From: an uncultured Nitrospiraceae bacterium
Lineage (GTDB): Bacteria; Nitrospirota; Nitrospiria; Nitrospirales; Nitrospiraceae
Length of the DNA: 64,000 nt
NCBI GenBank assembly: GCA_963730935.1
Contig: CAVSTP010000004.1
Span: 320,001-384,000, forward strand
Direction: 5' to 3'
Shown here one piece after another: positions 52,004 to 61,196 of the stretch; position 1 is the first letter of the stretch, and the number at the start of each line of letters is the position of its first letter. The notes beneath the pieces are model-generated. The model was given only the letters and a program-made list of their open reading frames with translations, was not told the origin of the DNA and did not search any database. The translations under genes were made by a program, and so were the position numbers.

Positions 52004-52078
52004 ATGACACGACTTTGGTCAGCTCTGATGGTGGTCGTTTGTATTCTCGCGAGTGTTGGCTGCAGTCCGATGCGTTGA
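52004..52078 (+). CDS. 24-aa micro-ORF: lipoprotein signal peptide plus CSPMR
   Basis: AAGGAGG RBS; MTRLWSALMVVVCILASVGCSPMR*. Confidence 0.4.
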   Translation: MTRLWSALMVVVCILASVGCSPMR

Positions 52079-52246
52079 GGGATCGGAGCCGGGGTCAAAG
52101 TGACGGTGTGTACGTGAGCTGTAACAGCTGGGGGGCGGGGGTGTTTGCGCGTGACACCGGCATCAGGGCAAATGTCCCCTGCGTGATGAGCAGACCGTCC
52201 ACGACTGCTGCGCCTGGTCCGTAAAAATTTCGCTCTGAGGTGGGCA

Positions 52247-55200
52247 GTGCCAATCATCGTCGTAGTCTTGGTCGGAATGCTCAGTACGGGATGCTTCCTG
52301 TTCGCCGAAAAAGACATCGATAAGCGGGCCGGGAGAGCGCAGATTCAAAGCAGTGAATCGGCGAACGACGGAGTGCAAGTCGTGCTGCAAAAGGGGCACT
52401 CCGACATGATCAATGCCGTTGCCTTGAGCCAGAACGGCCGGCTGGTGCTGACCGGGAGTCAAGACGAGACAGCGCGATTGTGGGACGTGAGTAGCGGGCA
52501 AATGATCCGAAGTTTTGTCGGGTTCGCGTTACATGGTCCTCATCTTCTGGCCTTGGGCGCATCGGGGCAGGTAGTGATCGGGGATAGACACACAGTCAAA
52601 GTGTTTGAAGCGACCACCGGACAGGAGCTTCGATCCGTTCCGGTGCGGGACAGCGAACGGGCGGTGGCGAGTCCTGATGCGCGTGTGCTCGCGACCGCTG
52701 GTGGAACAGTGGCGACGACAATCCAGCTGTGGGATCTGACCACCGGCAAAGAGCTCTCACACGATCCGGCCGGAACATTCGCGATTCCACTGGTATTCAG
52801 TCCGGACGGGCGTCTCCTCGCGACGCAACGGCGGGTGGCCGGAGCCTACGGCGGTCTCACGATCTGGGACATGGCAGCCGGAAAGAAACCCAAAACCATC
52901 GATCATTCGTCGGAGGTCCGCGCTGCGGCGCTCAGTCCGGATGGACGGATGGTCGCGCTGCAATCGGCGGACCGCTCGATTGTCGTGAAAGAGGTGGAGA
53001 CGGGTCGAGTGCTCCATCACCTCGCCATGACCTTGTCCCCACAGACAGGTCGCACCACAGGATTCGAATTCAGCCGGGATAATCGGTTCCTGGCGACAGC
53101 GGATTCGGAAAACCTTGTGCGGTTGTGGGACCTTCAATCGGGGCAAGCGGCGAAAACATTCCGAGGCACAGCGGTGGATTTTGGGAATGACGGGAAAACC
53201 CTTGTCGTCGGCGTAATGGAAGGTGTGCCGCTGTTGCGTAATGTTGAAAGCGGAGCTGAGACGAAGTTTTCTTCAGGCGGAACCACCGGGATTGTCGATG
53301 TGGCCGTGTCAATGGATGGAAACAAAGTGCTGGTAGCCATGGAGGATGGCACGGTCAAGTTGTGGGATCTCGCGACGGGCCAGATCCTGCGTACGCTCGC
53401 AGGACCGGCGGAATCGTCCATCGCCATCAGCCGGATCGGCGGAATGCTCGCGACGGCCGGCGGCGGCGATGGCTCGGTGGCCGTCTGGGACTTCATGACA
53501 GGACGCAAGCGACTGACGGTACCGGCACCGAAGGGAGACGAGAAAGATGTCTCGGATCGCACAGTGGTGAGTCTGAGTTCGGACGGCGGTCTGTTGGCCG
53601 TGGCCATGAGGGATCAACTGTGTGTCTACGAGATCCCCAACGGCAAGGAACTTCACTGTCAGACCATGGGACGGTTTGGTGACACTATCGAAATGTTCGC
53701 GAATCCCTACAACTATGCTCAACAGGTCATGAAACACGGAAGCGAAAATATACGACGGAAACGTTGGATCAGGGCCCTGGCATTTAGTCCGGATGGTCAA
53801 TACCTGGCGGCGTCCATGGACTCAGGGATCTTTTTGCTAGTGGCGAAAACAGGAAAATTTGAACGCGATGTTGCCATTGCTGCATGGGGAGGAGCCACGA
53901 AAGAGGAGGACGAAGACCTCCAATCAATTGCCAGCACGTCCAACGTGCACAATCTTGCGTTCAGCAGCGACGGGGAACTTCTGGCGGGCGTCGGTCCGAA
54001 CTGGAGGGGGGTATGGGGAGATTTGCACCCTAGCAGCATGAAACTCGTCGGGCGCTTTTTGATGGGCATCGTGCCGGGTGTCAGTAGCGGACCGGCTGGC
54101 ATAGAGAAAAGCAGCGGTTCCAAGCGAGAGATCAACTATCGAGGATTGGCGTTAAGCCCTGACGGCAGTTTGGCGGTGCTGGGACATGGCCGGCTGGTCA
54201 AAATGTGGGACGTGGCGAATAACACTGATCTCAGGACACTCGTTGGGCACACGGCCAACGTCACTGCCGTCGGGATGACGCCCGATGGTCGGCTCGTTGT
54301 CAGCGGAAGCCAGGACGGGATGCTGAAGGTGTGGGACGTCAAGTCGGGCAGTGAGATCGTCTCACTGATGGCTTTGGGAAACGAGGACTATGTCGCGGTC
54401 ACTCCGGACCAGTACTACCGTGCATCCAAGACCCGCATGAAAGGGGTGGCCTTTCGAGTGAACGGACAACTCTATCCTTTCGAGCAATTTGATCTTCGTC
54501 TCAACCGTCCGGACATCGTCCTCAACCGCTTGCGGCGGGCAAGCGGCGACATCATCGAAAGTTACCGTCACGCTTACGAGCGGCGGCTGAAGAAGATGGG
54601 TCTGACAGAACAGATGCTCGGAACTGATTTTCATCTACCGGTTATCGAACTGCTCACGAAAGAGGTGCCGGTCTCGGTCAAGGCCTCGACGCTGACGGTG
54701 CGCGTGAAGGCCAGCGACAGCAAATACGCGCTCGATCGGTTCAATGTGTTTCTCAATGACGTGCCGGTCCATGGCACAGCCGGGCTGCCGCTCCCAAACA
54801 AGCAACTCCAGACGCAGGAGCAAGATATTCAGGTGCCGTTGGTGCCAGGCCGAAACAAAATTCAAATCTCTGTCCTGAACCAGCAAGGGGTCGAATCGCT
54901 CAAACAGACGCTCTACACCACCTCAACGGCTTCGGCGGCGCCGCCGGAAGTGTATGTCCTCGGGATCGGCGTAAGCGAATACAAAAACAAGGCCTACGAC
55001 CTTCGTTATGCGGCGAAGGACGCCGGCGATCTCATTGCCGCGTACAAAGCGCTCGAACAACGACAGGGATCGCCGACCAAAGTACACGTATTGACCCTGG
55101 CCAATCAAAAAGCCACGCGGACCGAAATAGTCAGCGCCAAAGAGTGGCTTAAGCGATCGATGATCAACGATCTGGTCGTCGTCTTTGCGGCCGGCCACGG

Positions 55201-55822
55201 CATGACCGACGAGAAGTCCAACTATTACTTCGGGACGCATGACATTGATCCGCAGCATCCGGAAACGAACGGGTTGCCCTACGAGGAATTTGAGAACCTC
55301 CTGGATGGCATCCCGGCGTTGCAGAAGCTGCTGCTTCTTGATACCTGCTTCTCGGGCGAGATCGAGAAGGATCAGACCATCGTCGTGGCAAAGGCCGAGA
55401 CTATGGGTAGCGGGGCGGTGAAGATGCGTGCCTTCAAAGCGGCTCGCGGTGTGTCGGTCGTCGCGGATGCGGAACAGACACCGAGCGGAACCGCAACCGT
55501 CACCCCAACATTGTCCACCGACATGGTGCGCTTTCAACAGGACTGGTTCGCCGATCTGCGACGCGGCACGGGCGCGGCAGTTATCTCCAGCTCGAGCGGC
55601 AATGAGTATAGCCTTGAAGGCGAGCAGTGGAAAAACGGCGTGTTTACCTATTCGTTATTGAACGGTTTGAGGAACCGCGGAGCCGATGTCAATCATGACC
55701 AAACGATCACCGTGAGTGAACTGCAGGCGTATGTCACTGAGCAAGTACGAAAGCTGACCGAAGGGGGACAGAATCCGACGGTCCGGCGGGAAAATCTGGA
55801 GTACGACTTTGCGGTGTACTGA
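52247..55822 (+). CDS. WD40-repeat lipoprotein with C-terminal caspase-family domain (paralog 2; start uncertain)
   Basis: LSTGC lipobox; WD repeats; FAAGHG and LLDTCFSG; a basic n-region lies in frame upstream of the GTG. Confidence 0.92.
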   Translation: MPIIVVVLVGMLSTGCFLFAEKDIDKRAGRAQIQSSESANDGVQVVLQKGHSDMINAVALSQNGRLVLTGSQDETARLWDVSSGQMIRSFVGFALHGPHLLALGASGQVVIGDRHTVKVFEATTGQELRSVPVRDSERAVASPDARVLATAGGTVATTIQLWDLTTGKELSHDPAGTFAIPLVFSPDGRLLATQRRVAGAYGGLTIWDMAAGKKPKTIDHSSEVRAAALSPDGRMVALQSADRSIVVKEVETGRVLHHLAMTLSPQTGRTTGFEFSRDNRFLATADSENLVRLWDLQSGQAAKTFRGTAVDFGNDGKTLVVGVMEGVPLLRNVESGAETKFSSGGTTGIVDVAVSMDGNKVLVAMEDGTVKLWDLATGQILRTLAGPAESSIAISRIGGMLATAGGGDGSVAVWDFMTGRKRLTVPAPKGDEKDVSDRTVVSLSSDGGLLAVAMRDQLCVYEIPNGKELHCQTMGRFGDTIEMFANPYNYAQQVMKHGSENIRRKRWIRALAFSPDGQYLAASMDSGIFLLVAKTGKFERDVAIAAWGGATKEEDEDLQSIASTSNVHNLAFSSDGELLAGVGPNWRGVWGDLHPSSMKLVGRFLMGIVPGVSSGPAGIEKSSGSKREINYRGLALSPDGSLAVLGHGRLVKMWDVANNTDLRTLVGHTANVTAVGMTPDGRLVVSGSQDGMLKVWDVKSGSEIVSLMALGNEDYVAVTPDQYYRASKTRMKGVAFRVNGQLYPFEQFDLRLNRPDIVLNRLRRASGDIIESYRHAYERRLKKMGLTEQMLGTDFHLPVIELLTKEVPVSVKASTLTVRVKASDSKYALDRFNVFLNDVPVHGTAGLPLPNKQLQTQEQDIQVPLVPGRNKIQISVLNQQGVESLKQTLYTTSTASAAPPEVYVLGIGVSEYKNKAYDLRYAAKDAGDLIAAYKALEQRQGSPTKVHVLTLANQKATRTEIVSAKEWLKRSMINDLVVVFAAGHGMTDEKSNYYFGTHDIDPQHPETNGLPYEEFENLLDGIPALQKLLLLDTCFSGEIEKDQTIVVAKAETMGSGAVKMRAFKAARGVSVVADAEQTPSGTATVTPTLSTDMVRFQQDWFADLRRGTGAAVISSSSGNEYSLEGEQWKNGVFTYSLLNGLRNRGADVNHDQTITVSELQAYVTEQVRKLTEGGQNPTVRRENLEYDFAVY

Positions 55823-55831
55823 CAGACCGAA

Positions 55832-55857
55832 TGAACCTTGGGAGGAGGATAGACGAC
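55832..55857 (+). promoter_or_regulatory. ECF-type promoter motif TGAACC-N16-CGAC
   Basis: Intergenic, upstream of the 55986 gene. Confidence 0.7.
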
Positions 55858-55985
55858 AGACTCTTGAGAGGGAAGCCAATAAGGGAACGGACCGGTTGAG
55901 TACAGGTGACGCCGATCGATATGTAGGGAGATCACGAAACTCGTCTGCGCCTCAGCTGTGCACTCGCTGACGAAAGGAGATCCAG

Positions 55986-56966
55986 ATGAATCCGCGATAC
56001 CTCATGTGGAAGCGATGGACAGTTGCGGCGTTGATTGGCACGGGCGGACTGGCTGTCAGTCTCGTCCACCAGGTGGATCAAGTACCGTTCGCCACGGGTG
56101 AGCAGGCCTTCGCCGACGAAACCGCGCCCCAGGGAGAGATCACCGGGCGGGCGGTGCCGGGCGTCTTGAGTGTTGGCAAGAAAACCCTGCGGCCGGCGGC
56201 GGCTGGCCCGAGCCCGGAAGAGATTCTCCAGAGACAGCTTCCGCCCTCCGCCCGGCCAGAAGAGCTGCGGGAGCCGACCAAATCCGACATGGAACAACGG
56301 TGTTTCCTAAACCCGAGATGCCGGCAGAAATTGGAACAGGCGAAGCAGGGCACACGTCCCACGACGATTCTCCCCGCCGCGACCGGGCCAAGCCCGGAGG
56401 AGCAACTCCAGAAGCAACTCTTGCCGCCGGCACAGGGAGTTTCACCACAGAGGCCGCGCAGTCAGGAGGGGTCCGGTCCGGTAGAGCAGCTCCTATCCTG
56501 GTTCAATCCCTTCACCCCGGCCTCAGCGTGGGCGCAGACCGGTTACTCTCTCACCCTCACACCGGCCAACAGGTCGAGCACGGTGCCAACCGGATACATT
56601 AACATATATGGCGGATGGACAATGGGTACTGCCCCCGGCTTCCATATTTTGGAAAGCTCCTACCCAACTCCTAGTCCCACTACCGAGAATCAACCCTTCA
56701 TTTACCTCTCTGCTTATCTTCCAGCAGCGGGGTACTATGTCATCGACTTCGTCGCAGCTCCTTCTTTCACCAAACTGCGCCATCAAAACAACGGCCCCAT
56801 TCTAGAGACCTGGGATTATCGGACAACCGGGTGCGGGGGGGCAAACACCTGTCATTATGTGACGGTCGATTACTATGCCGCCGGACCCCATAGTTGGTGT
56901 TTCTGGGCGGATCCATCGGCAGCACCGACATTTTTCTACTCAGTCACGATTAAATCCTTTCTATGA
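55986..56966 (+). CDS. Secreted hypothetical protein with duplicated GPSPEE.LQ.QL motif
   Basis: AAAGGAG RBS; hydrophobic leader; internal repeat; aromatic beta-rich C-terminal domain. Confidence 0.75.
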   Translation: MNPRYLMWKRWTVAALIGTGGLAVSLVHQVDQVPFATGEQAFADETAPQGEITGRAVPGVLSVGKKTLRPAAAGPSPEEILQRQLPPSARPEELREPTKSDMEQRCFLNPRCRQKLEQAKQGTRPTTILPAATGPSPEEQLQKQLLPPAQGVSPQRPRSQEGSGPVEQLLSWFNPFTPASAWAQTGYSLTLTPANRSSTVPTGYINIYGGWTMGTAPGFHILESSYPTPSPTTENQPFIYLSAYLPAAGYYVIDFVAAPSFTKLRHQNNGPILETWDYRTTGCGGANTCHYVTVDYYAAGPHSWCFWADPSAAPTFFYSVTIKSFL

Positions 56967-57060
56967 TCGACGGGAATTCGCGCGCGGTGGATGGTAGCAG
57001 AGCGACTGTGACGGCACGGGGAGGACGACAGAAATCGGCGAACAGGTGCTGTTCATGACG

Positions 57061-57086
57061 TGAACCATTCAACGATGAGGGACGAC
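57061..57086 (+). promoter_or_regulatory. ECF-type promoter motif TGAACC-N16-CGAC
   Basis: Ends 23 nt before the ATG at 57110. Confidence 0.75.
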
Positions 57087-57109
57087 ACACGAACAAGAGA
57101 GGACGAATC

Positions 57110-59746
57110 ATGAAATATGGATGGTCTCTGGTCCCGAAGCTGACAATGTGTTCGTTGCTTCTCAGCGCAGGCGTGGCATATGCGGATAATCCGCAGCTCG
57201 TCCCCGTCTTGAAAGGGCTCCTGCAAAAATACCAGAGATGCATTCTTGAAACCTACGAGAACGACATGAGCAAAACAAGTTCCTATGCTATAGGCCCTCC
57301 CAGAAATGGGGCAACGTGCGTGGCCGGAAACATCTGCACGATCCAATCCCGCCGAGATCTGTTCAACATGCTACAGGCTCAAGCAAACCGCGGGGACGCG
57401 ACAAACTTCCAAACCAATTTGCAGAAGGCGATTCTCGCCGATTGTTTCCAATGTGCAAAGCACAATGAGTTTCACACGAAGCATGTGCACTGCACCCAGG
57501 ATTGTAATGGGAATCAAAGCTGGAAGGACCCTAATAACCCTTTCCGCTTCGACGCCGCGGTCGGACCCTGCTTTGAGGGTTGCAAGGCGGGCGTCGACAT
57601 GACCAAGTTGGCCCGCGACATCGCAAATGACATCCAAAATGTGCTTCACAGCATCGTTGCGGACGTTCCACCTGCTCAGCAGCAGCCGCCGCAGGCAATC
57701 GGCGGAGTGAGCGTGGCGACGAACTATAGGATCATGACCATGGGCCCCGCGGAACAGTGCGATGCGACGCCCTCGGGTTACTTTATCGCTCCGGCCGAAC
57801 TCCTTGATTGGGACCAAACAGCCGCTCCGCCATTTATGGATGCCCTGACGAACTATCACCCGCCTGACAACGCTCCCAGCCGGCCTGCCTATAATCCCGC
57901 AGCATTGGCCAACCCGGATCGCAACGTGAGGCCGAACATTGGTGCAAACGAAGGTCGGCTGCGCGCGGATTTACGCAATGCAGCGGCTCGCCGCAATCCG
58001 GTAGAGAGTCTTTGCAGGTCTGCCGAGGCGTTCTCGCTCGGCAACGCCTCTGACGGAAACGCCTTCGCTGATCTCAGCGTGACTGGCCGCCGTGCGTACG
58101 CGGCCTTTCGGGCCCAACCGCCTCAAGAGGCGCAGATCCTCGCGTGCTTACAGAACAACCCTCGCACGAAGGCCTTGCCGGCAGATGTGCTTCAACTCGC
58201 AGCGACTCGTGCTCTCGATCGTGCGTATCAGGTCGCTAAGGTCATCAGAACGGGTGGCTGGGCAAAACCCGGTGTCAATCCCGAGCGCCAGCCGCTAGGG
58301 TACATTGCGGTTTCTGGAGAGGATGACCAACCCCATCGGCCTGTGAATGTGCCATCGGCGGAGTTTCCACAGTACGACCTTGATGTACAAGTTCCGGTGC
58401 CGAATGCTGCGCCCATACTGGTCCACACACGCTACATGATCGCGCATACGTTTCCTCCGCAGCAAATGCAGAATGTTGTGACCCTCCTCCCCGGCACCGT
58501 GCAGAAGTTGGCGCCAGCACAAGTGCAGTCTCGTCAGGTCGACCCCGCCCCCAGCACCGAGGAGACGTCGTCGCCAACAGAAGAAGAAGTTCAGACTCGT
58601 AAGGTTGACCCCGCCCCCGGCACCGTGCAGAAGTTGGCACCAGCACAAGTTCAGGCTCCTCCCGGGGGCCCTGCCCCTGGCACCATGCAGAAGTTCCTGC
58701 CAGCACAAGTTCGGACTCTTCCGGCAGACCTCGCCCCCGTTCTCGCACAAGACGCCATTGTTTTCCTTTATATCCCTGGCATGGATTCGCGCCTCGAAGA
58801 GGCTCTGGACATTGCACATGCCCTTCACGCTTTAGGACGCCAGCGTAATAAGAACTATACCGTCATCTCTATGGACCTCCCGACCAGCGGCTACGCGGAT
58901 AACATCGATTACAACCGAATCGCACCGCTAACAGCCGCTGGCCGTGCCAATGGGCTGGGGTTCGCGCCGAATAAATATGTCGTACCCATCGTGGACTTCG
59001 ATGAGAACTTTATCGTGAATTTCGTGAACACGCTCGATCGCTCCACGGGAGTGACCCGCCGCGAGATTTATCCAATTGGCGGCAGTTTGGGCGGCAACAT
59101 GGCATTCCGACTGGGTCGGCCTCGGCCGGACGCACCCTGGATCAAAAGCGTCGTCCCCTGGTCTCCGGCAGCCATCTGGCCGTCCATTGCAGATTCCGAG
59201 GTCAAGCATGTGGGACTCGCAGTACCTTGGTACCTCGCGGGCGGTGACCCAAACCTGGCTCAGGAGACACCTGGGTCGCGCAGGTCCTTCTTCTATGGTG
59301 GCTTCGATTGGGAGAGTAAAGTGGCCTACGTCATCCCTGCGGGTGGAGGGAAACCCCAATCGGAGTTTTGGTACAGCAACAGTTGGCCCTGTAAGCAGAC
59401 GCATCTCAAACTTGCAAGGATCGAACGATATGAAACCTATGATCACTACTTCCGTCTATGGCACTGGCGTCTCGGCATGGAGCAGCTGCTATTCAGTCAA
59501 CAGATTCCAATTCCTGGCACGAGTCCTCAGCAACCACTTTACCTGAGGAATACGAAGCGCATGCTGCTGATGTGTGGCATAGAAGATGTCGGCGCGGCAC
59601 TCTGTGAAGAAACACGGAAGGTTGCGCCACATATGGAAATGACCCCTGGCCGCGCACTTTTTCTGACGGCCACCGGCCACTCTATCCACAATGAACGGCC
59701 GAACTTCCTAGCGCAGCAGATTGTCGACTTTGTAGAGGGTCGTTAA
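57110..59746 (+). CDS. Secreted alpha/beta hydrolase with Cys-rich N-terminal region
   Basis: Signal peptide ending AYA; YIPG, DLPTSG, GGSLGG nucleophile elbow and GHSIHNERP. Confidence 0.8.
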   Translation: MKYGWSLVPKLTMCSLLLSAGVAYADNPQLVPVLKGLLQKYQRCILETYENDMSKTSSYAIGPPRNGATCVAGNICTIQSRRDLFNMLQAQANRGDATNFQTNLQKAILADCFQCAKHNEFHTKHVHCTQDCNGNQSWKDPNNPFRFDAAVGPCFEGCKAGVDMTKLARDIANDIQNVLHSIVADVPPAQQQPPQAIGGVSVATNYRIMTMGPAEQCDATPSGYFIAPAELLDWDQTAAPPFMDALTNYHPPDNAPSRPAYNPAALANPDRNVRPNIGANEGRLRADLRNAAARRNPVESLCRSAEAFSLGNASDGNAFADLSVTGRRAYAAFRAQPPQEAQILACLQNNPRTKALPADVLQLAATRALDRAYQVAKVIRTGGWAKPGVNPERQPLGYIAVSGEDDQPHRPVNVPSAEFPQYDLDVQVPVPNAAPILVHTRYMIAHTFPPQQMQNVVTLLPGTVQKLAPAQVQSRQVDPAPSTEETSSPTEEEVQTRKVDPAPGTVQKLAPAQVQAPPGGPAPGTMQKFLPAQVRTLPADLAPVLAQDAIVFLYIPGMDSRLEEALDIAHALHALGRQRNKNYTVISMDLPTSGYADNIDYNRIAPLTAAGRANGLGFAPNKYVVPIVDFDENFIVNFVNTLDRSTGVTRREIYPIGGSLGGNMAFRLGRPRPDAPWIKSVVPWSPAAIWPSIADSEVKHVGLAVPWYLAGGDPNLAQETPGSRRSFFYGGFDWESKVAYVIPAGGGKPQSEFWYSNSWPCKQTHLKLARIERYETYDHYFRLWHWRLGMEQLLFSQQIPIPGTSPQQPLYLRNTKRMLLMCGIEDVGAALCEETRKVAPHMEMTPGRALFLTATGHSIHNERPNFLAQQIVDFVEGR

Positions 59747-59781
59747 GAAGACTCTGGACTCAAGGGCCCGTGGACGGTCCT

Positions 59782-59803
59782 CACCGGCGTTGCAACGCCG
59801 GTG
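59782..59803. other. Perfect 22-bp palindrome (hairpin or operator)
   Basis: CACCGGCGTTGCAACGCCGGTG is its own reverse complement; no U-tract follows. Confidence 0.6.
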
Positions 59804-59911
59804 TGTGAGAGGGTATGCGGCGGCATTCTGTCGGCCTTCGATGAAGGATACGAGGAAGGACTCGCATGAATCCGCTGGCATGCTGTGAGAGGCAAGGGAG
59901 TGCGTGAACTC

Positions 59912-60601
59912 ATGTCCAGGACAATGAGCATCGCGACGCTGTTTGTGGCGGCGTTGTCCTGTCCGTCGTTGGCATTCGCATTCGAAGGCGTGATTTCTTT
60001 CAAGAGCAACTATTGGGGCGAAGCGTCGGAGTTTCAGTACTACAGCAAGGACGAAAGAAACCGGATAGAAACGCAACGTGCAAGACATGGACGGGCAGCC
60101 GTCATCATGGATTTCAAGACGAAAAAAGTTTCAATGCTCCTGCTCAACTTGAGGTTGGCGATGGTGATGAACATGAACTTCGCAACCTTGTTAGCCTCGA
60201 ACGATGCCGCTGGTAAGCTCACCAGAATGGGAGAAAGCAAGTTGGTCCTCGGGTATCGGGCCGAGCAATTCTTGCATGATGGCGAGGAAGAACACACTGA
60301 GATCTGGGGGACAACCGGACTTGGACTTTTTGTCGGACTGCATCCAACCTCCTCGATGTTTGGTCGCACCGGCGGTGCACCGCCTTGGGTCCGTGCATTG
60401 AGAGAGCAGGGGATCTTTCCATTAATCGTCATCCGAACGGACAAGGATGGAAAGGAGCGAGGTCGAATGGAGGCGACGGCCATTGAGAACAAAGTCCTGT
60501 CGGACGACCTTTTTGAAGTGCCTCCCAGATACATCACCTACAACAAGTTCGATCCCGGCAACAAGATGCCCGGTATGCCTGGCACGGTATGGGTCAAGTA
60601 A
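59912..60601 (+). CDS. Secreted DUF4412-like protein
   Basis: Leader ending AFA, then FEGVI; G.SK.VLGY.AE, EIW.T and DDLFEVP pattern. Confidence 0.65.
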   Translation: MSRTMSIATLFVAALSCPSLAFAFEGVISFKSNYWGEASEFQYYSKDERNRIETQRARHGRAAVIMDFKTKKVSMLLLNLRLAMVMNMNFATLLASNDAAGKLTRMGESKLVLGYRAEQFLHDGEEEHTEIWGTTGLGLFVGLHPTSSMFGRTGGAPPWVRALREQGIFPLIVIRTDKDGKERGRMEATAIENKVLSDDLFEVPPRYITYNKFDPGNKMPGMPGTVWVK

Positions 60602-60671
60602 CGGAATGAACTTGGAGCATTCTGCGCAGGCTGGCTTTATCCATCGAGTTGCACGTGAAGGAGGTCATATC

Positions 60672-61094
60672 ATGACGCAGATGTACCGCCTTGTGAAGCT
60701 GGCAGTGTTGATGATGGTGTTGTTCCATCAGAACGGGTACGCCTCTTCTACTTCCTATCCCATCACGAATATCGACCGGAAGGGTGTAGTGACTGTCACC
60801 GATCTCAAATCCAAGCAAACCTTCCAGTTTCAAGTCGTGGATCCCAAACTGCTAAAGACGTTGAAGGTCGGACAATTGGTGTACCCGGATTTCCAGAATC
60901 GGAAGGTCTCACTTGACGGGGTAAATCCCTGTTGCCAAATAGTCAATTCACCACAGCTCGGAACTCCCCTCGGACGGAAGCAATTGCCCAACACGATGGA
61001 ACCAAGTGGACCTTCCCCTGACGTCATGCCGTTGAGTCCCATTCAGCCGCCGATGCAGGTTCCTGCCGCTCCTGGCCCGGTGTCGCCGCGGTAG
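60672..61094 (+). CDS. Small secreted hypothetical protein
   Basis: AAGGAGG RBS; signal peptide; LLKTLKVGQLV OB-fold-like pattern; Pro-rich tail. Confidence 0.65.
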   Translation: MTQMYRLVKLAVLMMVLFHQNGYASSTSYPITNIDRKGVVTVTDLKSKQTFQFQVVDPKLLKTLKVGQLVYPDFQNRKVSLDGVNPCCQIVNSPQLGTPLGRKQLPNTMEPSGPSPDVMPLSPIQPPMQVPAAPGPVSPR

Positions 61095-61123
61095 GAGAGC
61101 GATGTGGTGGGGTAGACACGGCT

Positions 61124-61149
61124 TGAACCTTTTTTGGGATCAATTCGAC
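61124..61149 (+). promoter_or_regulatory. ECF-type promoter motif TGAACC-N16-CGAC
   Basis: Intergenic, upstream of the ATG at 61197. Confidence 0.75.
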
Positions 61150-61196
61150 ACAGAATGCATCAACTGGCCAGACCGGTGTCCGAAAGGAGAGGCTGT

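Noticed and set aside
57440..57590. c-type heme binding sites in the Cys-rich region
   Set aside because: CFQCAKH and CFEGCK are not CxxCH; disulfides are more likely
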